Shown here piece by piece: positions 63,956 through 64,000 of a stretch of DNA of 64,000 nt (position 1 is its first letter; each line of letters opens with the position of its first letter). The notes below the pieces were generated by a model. The model saw only the letters and a list, made by a program, of their open reading frames with translations, ran no database searches and was not told the DNA's origin. The DNA is from Octopus sinensis (lineage: Eukaryota). The stretch is taken from the NCBI RefSeq assembly GCF_006345805.1, contig NC_042998.1, positions 48,670,001-48,734,000 of the forward strand. The letters are read 5' to 3'. The position numbers and the translations under genes are program-made.

Positions 63956-64000
63956 CAGGGCGAGTAAAAAGTAAGCAACATTTTGAAACATGAAATTCAT

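Overview
AT-rich, repeat-saturated animal genomic DNA with no intact protein-coding gene. The three tRNA-headed SINE families and the dense (TA)n/(CATA)n/(AAT)n tracts look like octopus (cephalopod) DNA; this is inference from pattern recognition, not a database result. Almost all ORF-track hits are translated microsatellites or decayed transposon fragments. Recognisable content: many Penelope-like element (PLE) pieces (RT, thumb, several GIY-YIG endonuclease ends, fold-back terminal repeats), RTE and R4/Dong-type LINE fragments, a LINE ORF1 with a zinc knuckle, Tc1/mariner, hAT and Helitron elements, and many SINE copies. A 2.56 kb tandem duplication (12320-17360) differs almost only by small indels and may be an assembly artefact. 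The main hidden signal is RNA structure: about a dozen type I hammerhead ribozyme motifs from several unrelated non-coding repeat families, most with the short palindromic stem III typical of PLE/retrozyme hammerheads. They include natural core variants at the 3-8 tertiary pair (C3-G8, G3-C8, U3-A8). Six further repeat copies carry the two hammerhead core boxes in permuted order at a near-fixed 23-26 nt spacing without a canonical helix I. All structures were folded by eye and none has been tested; boundaries of decayed elements are approximate.
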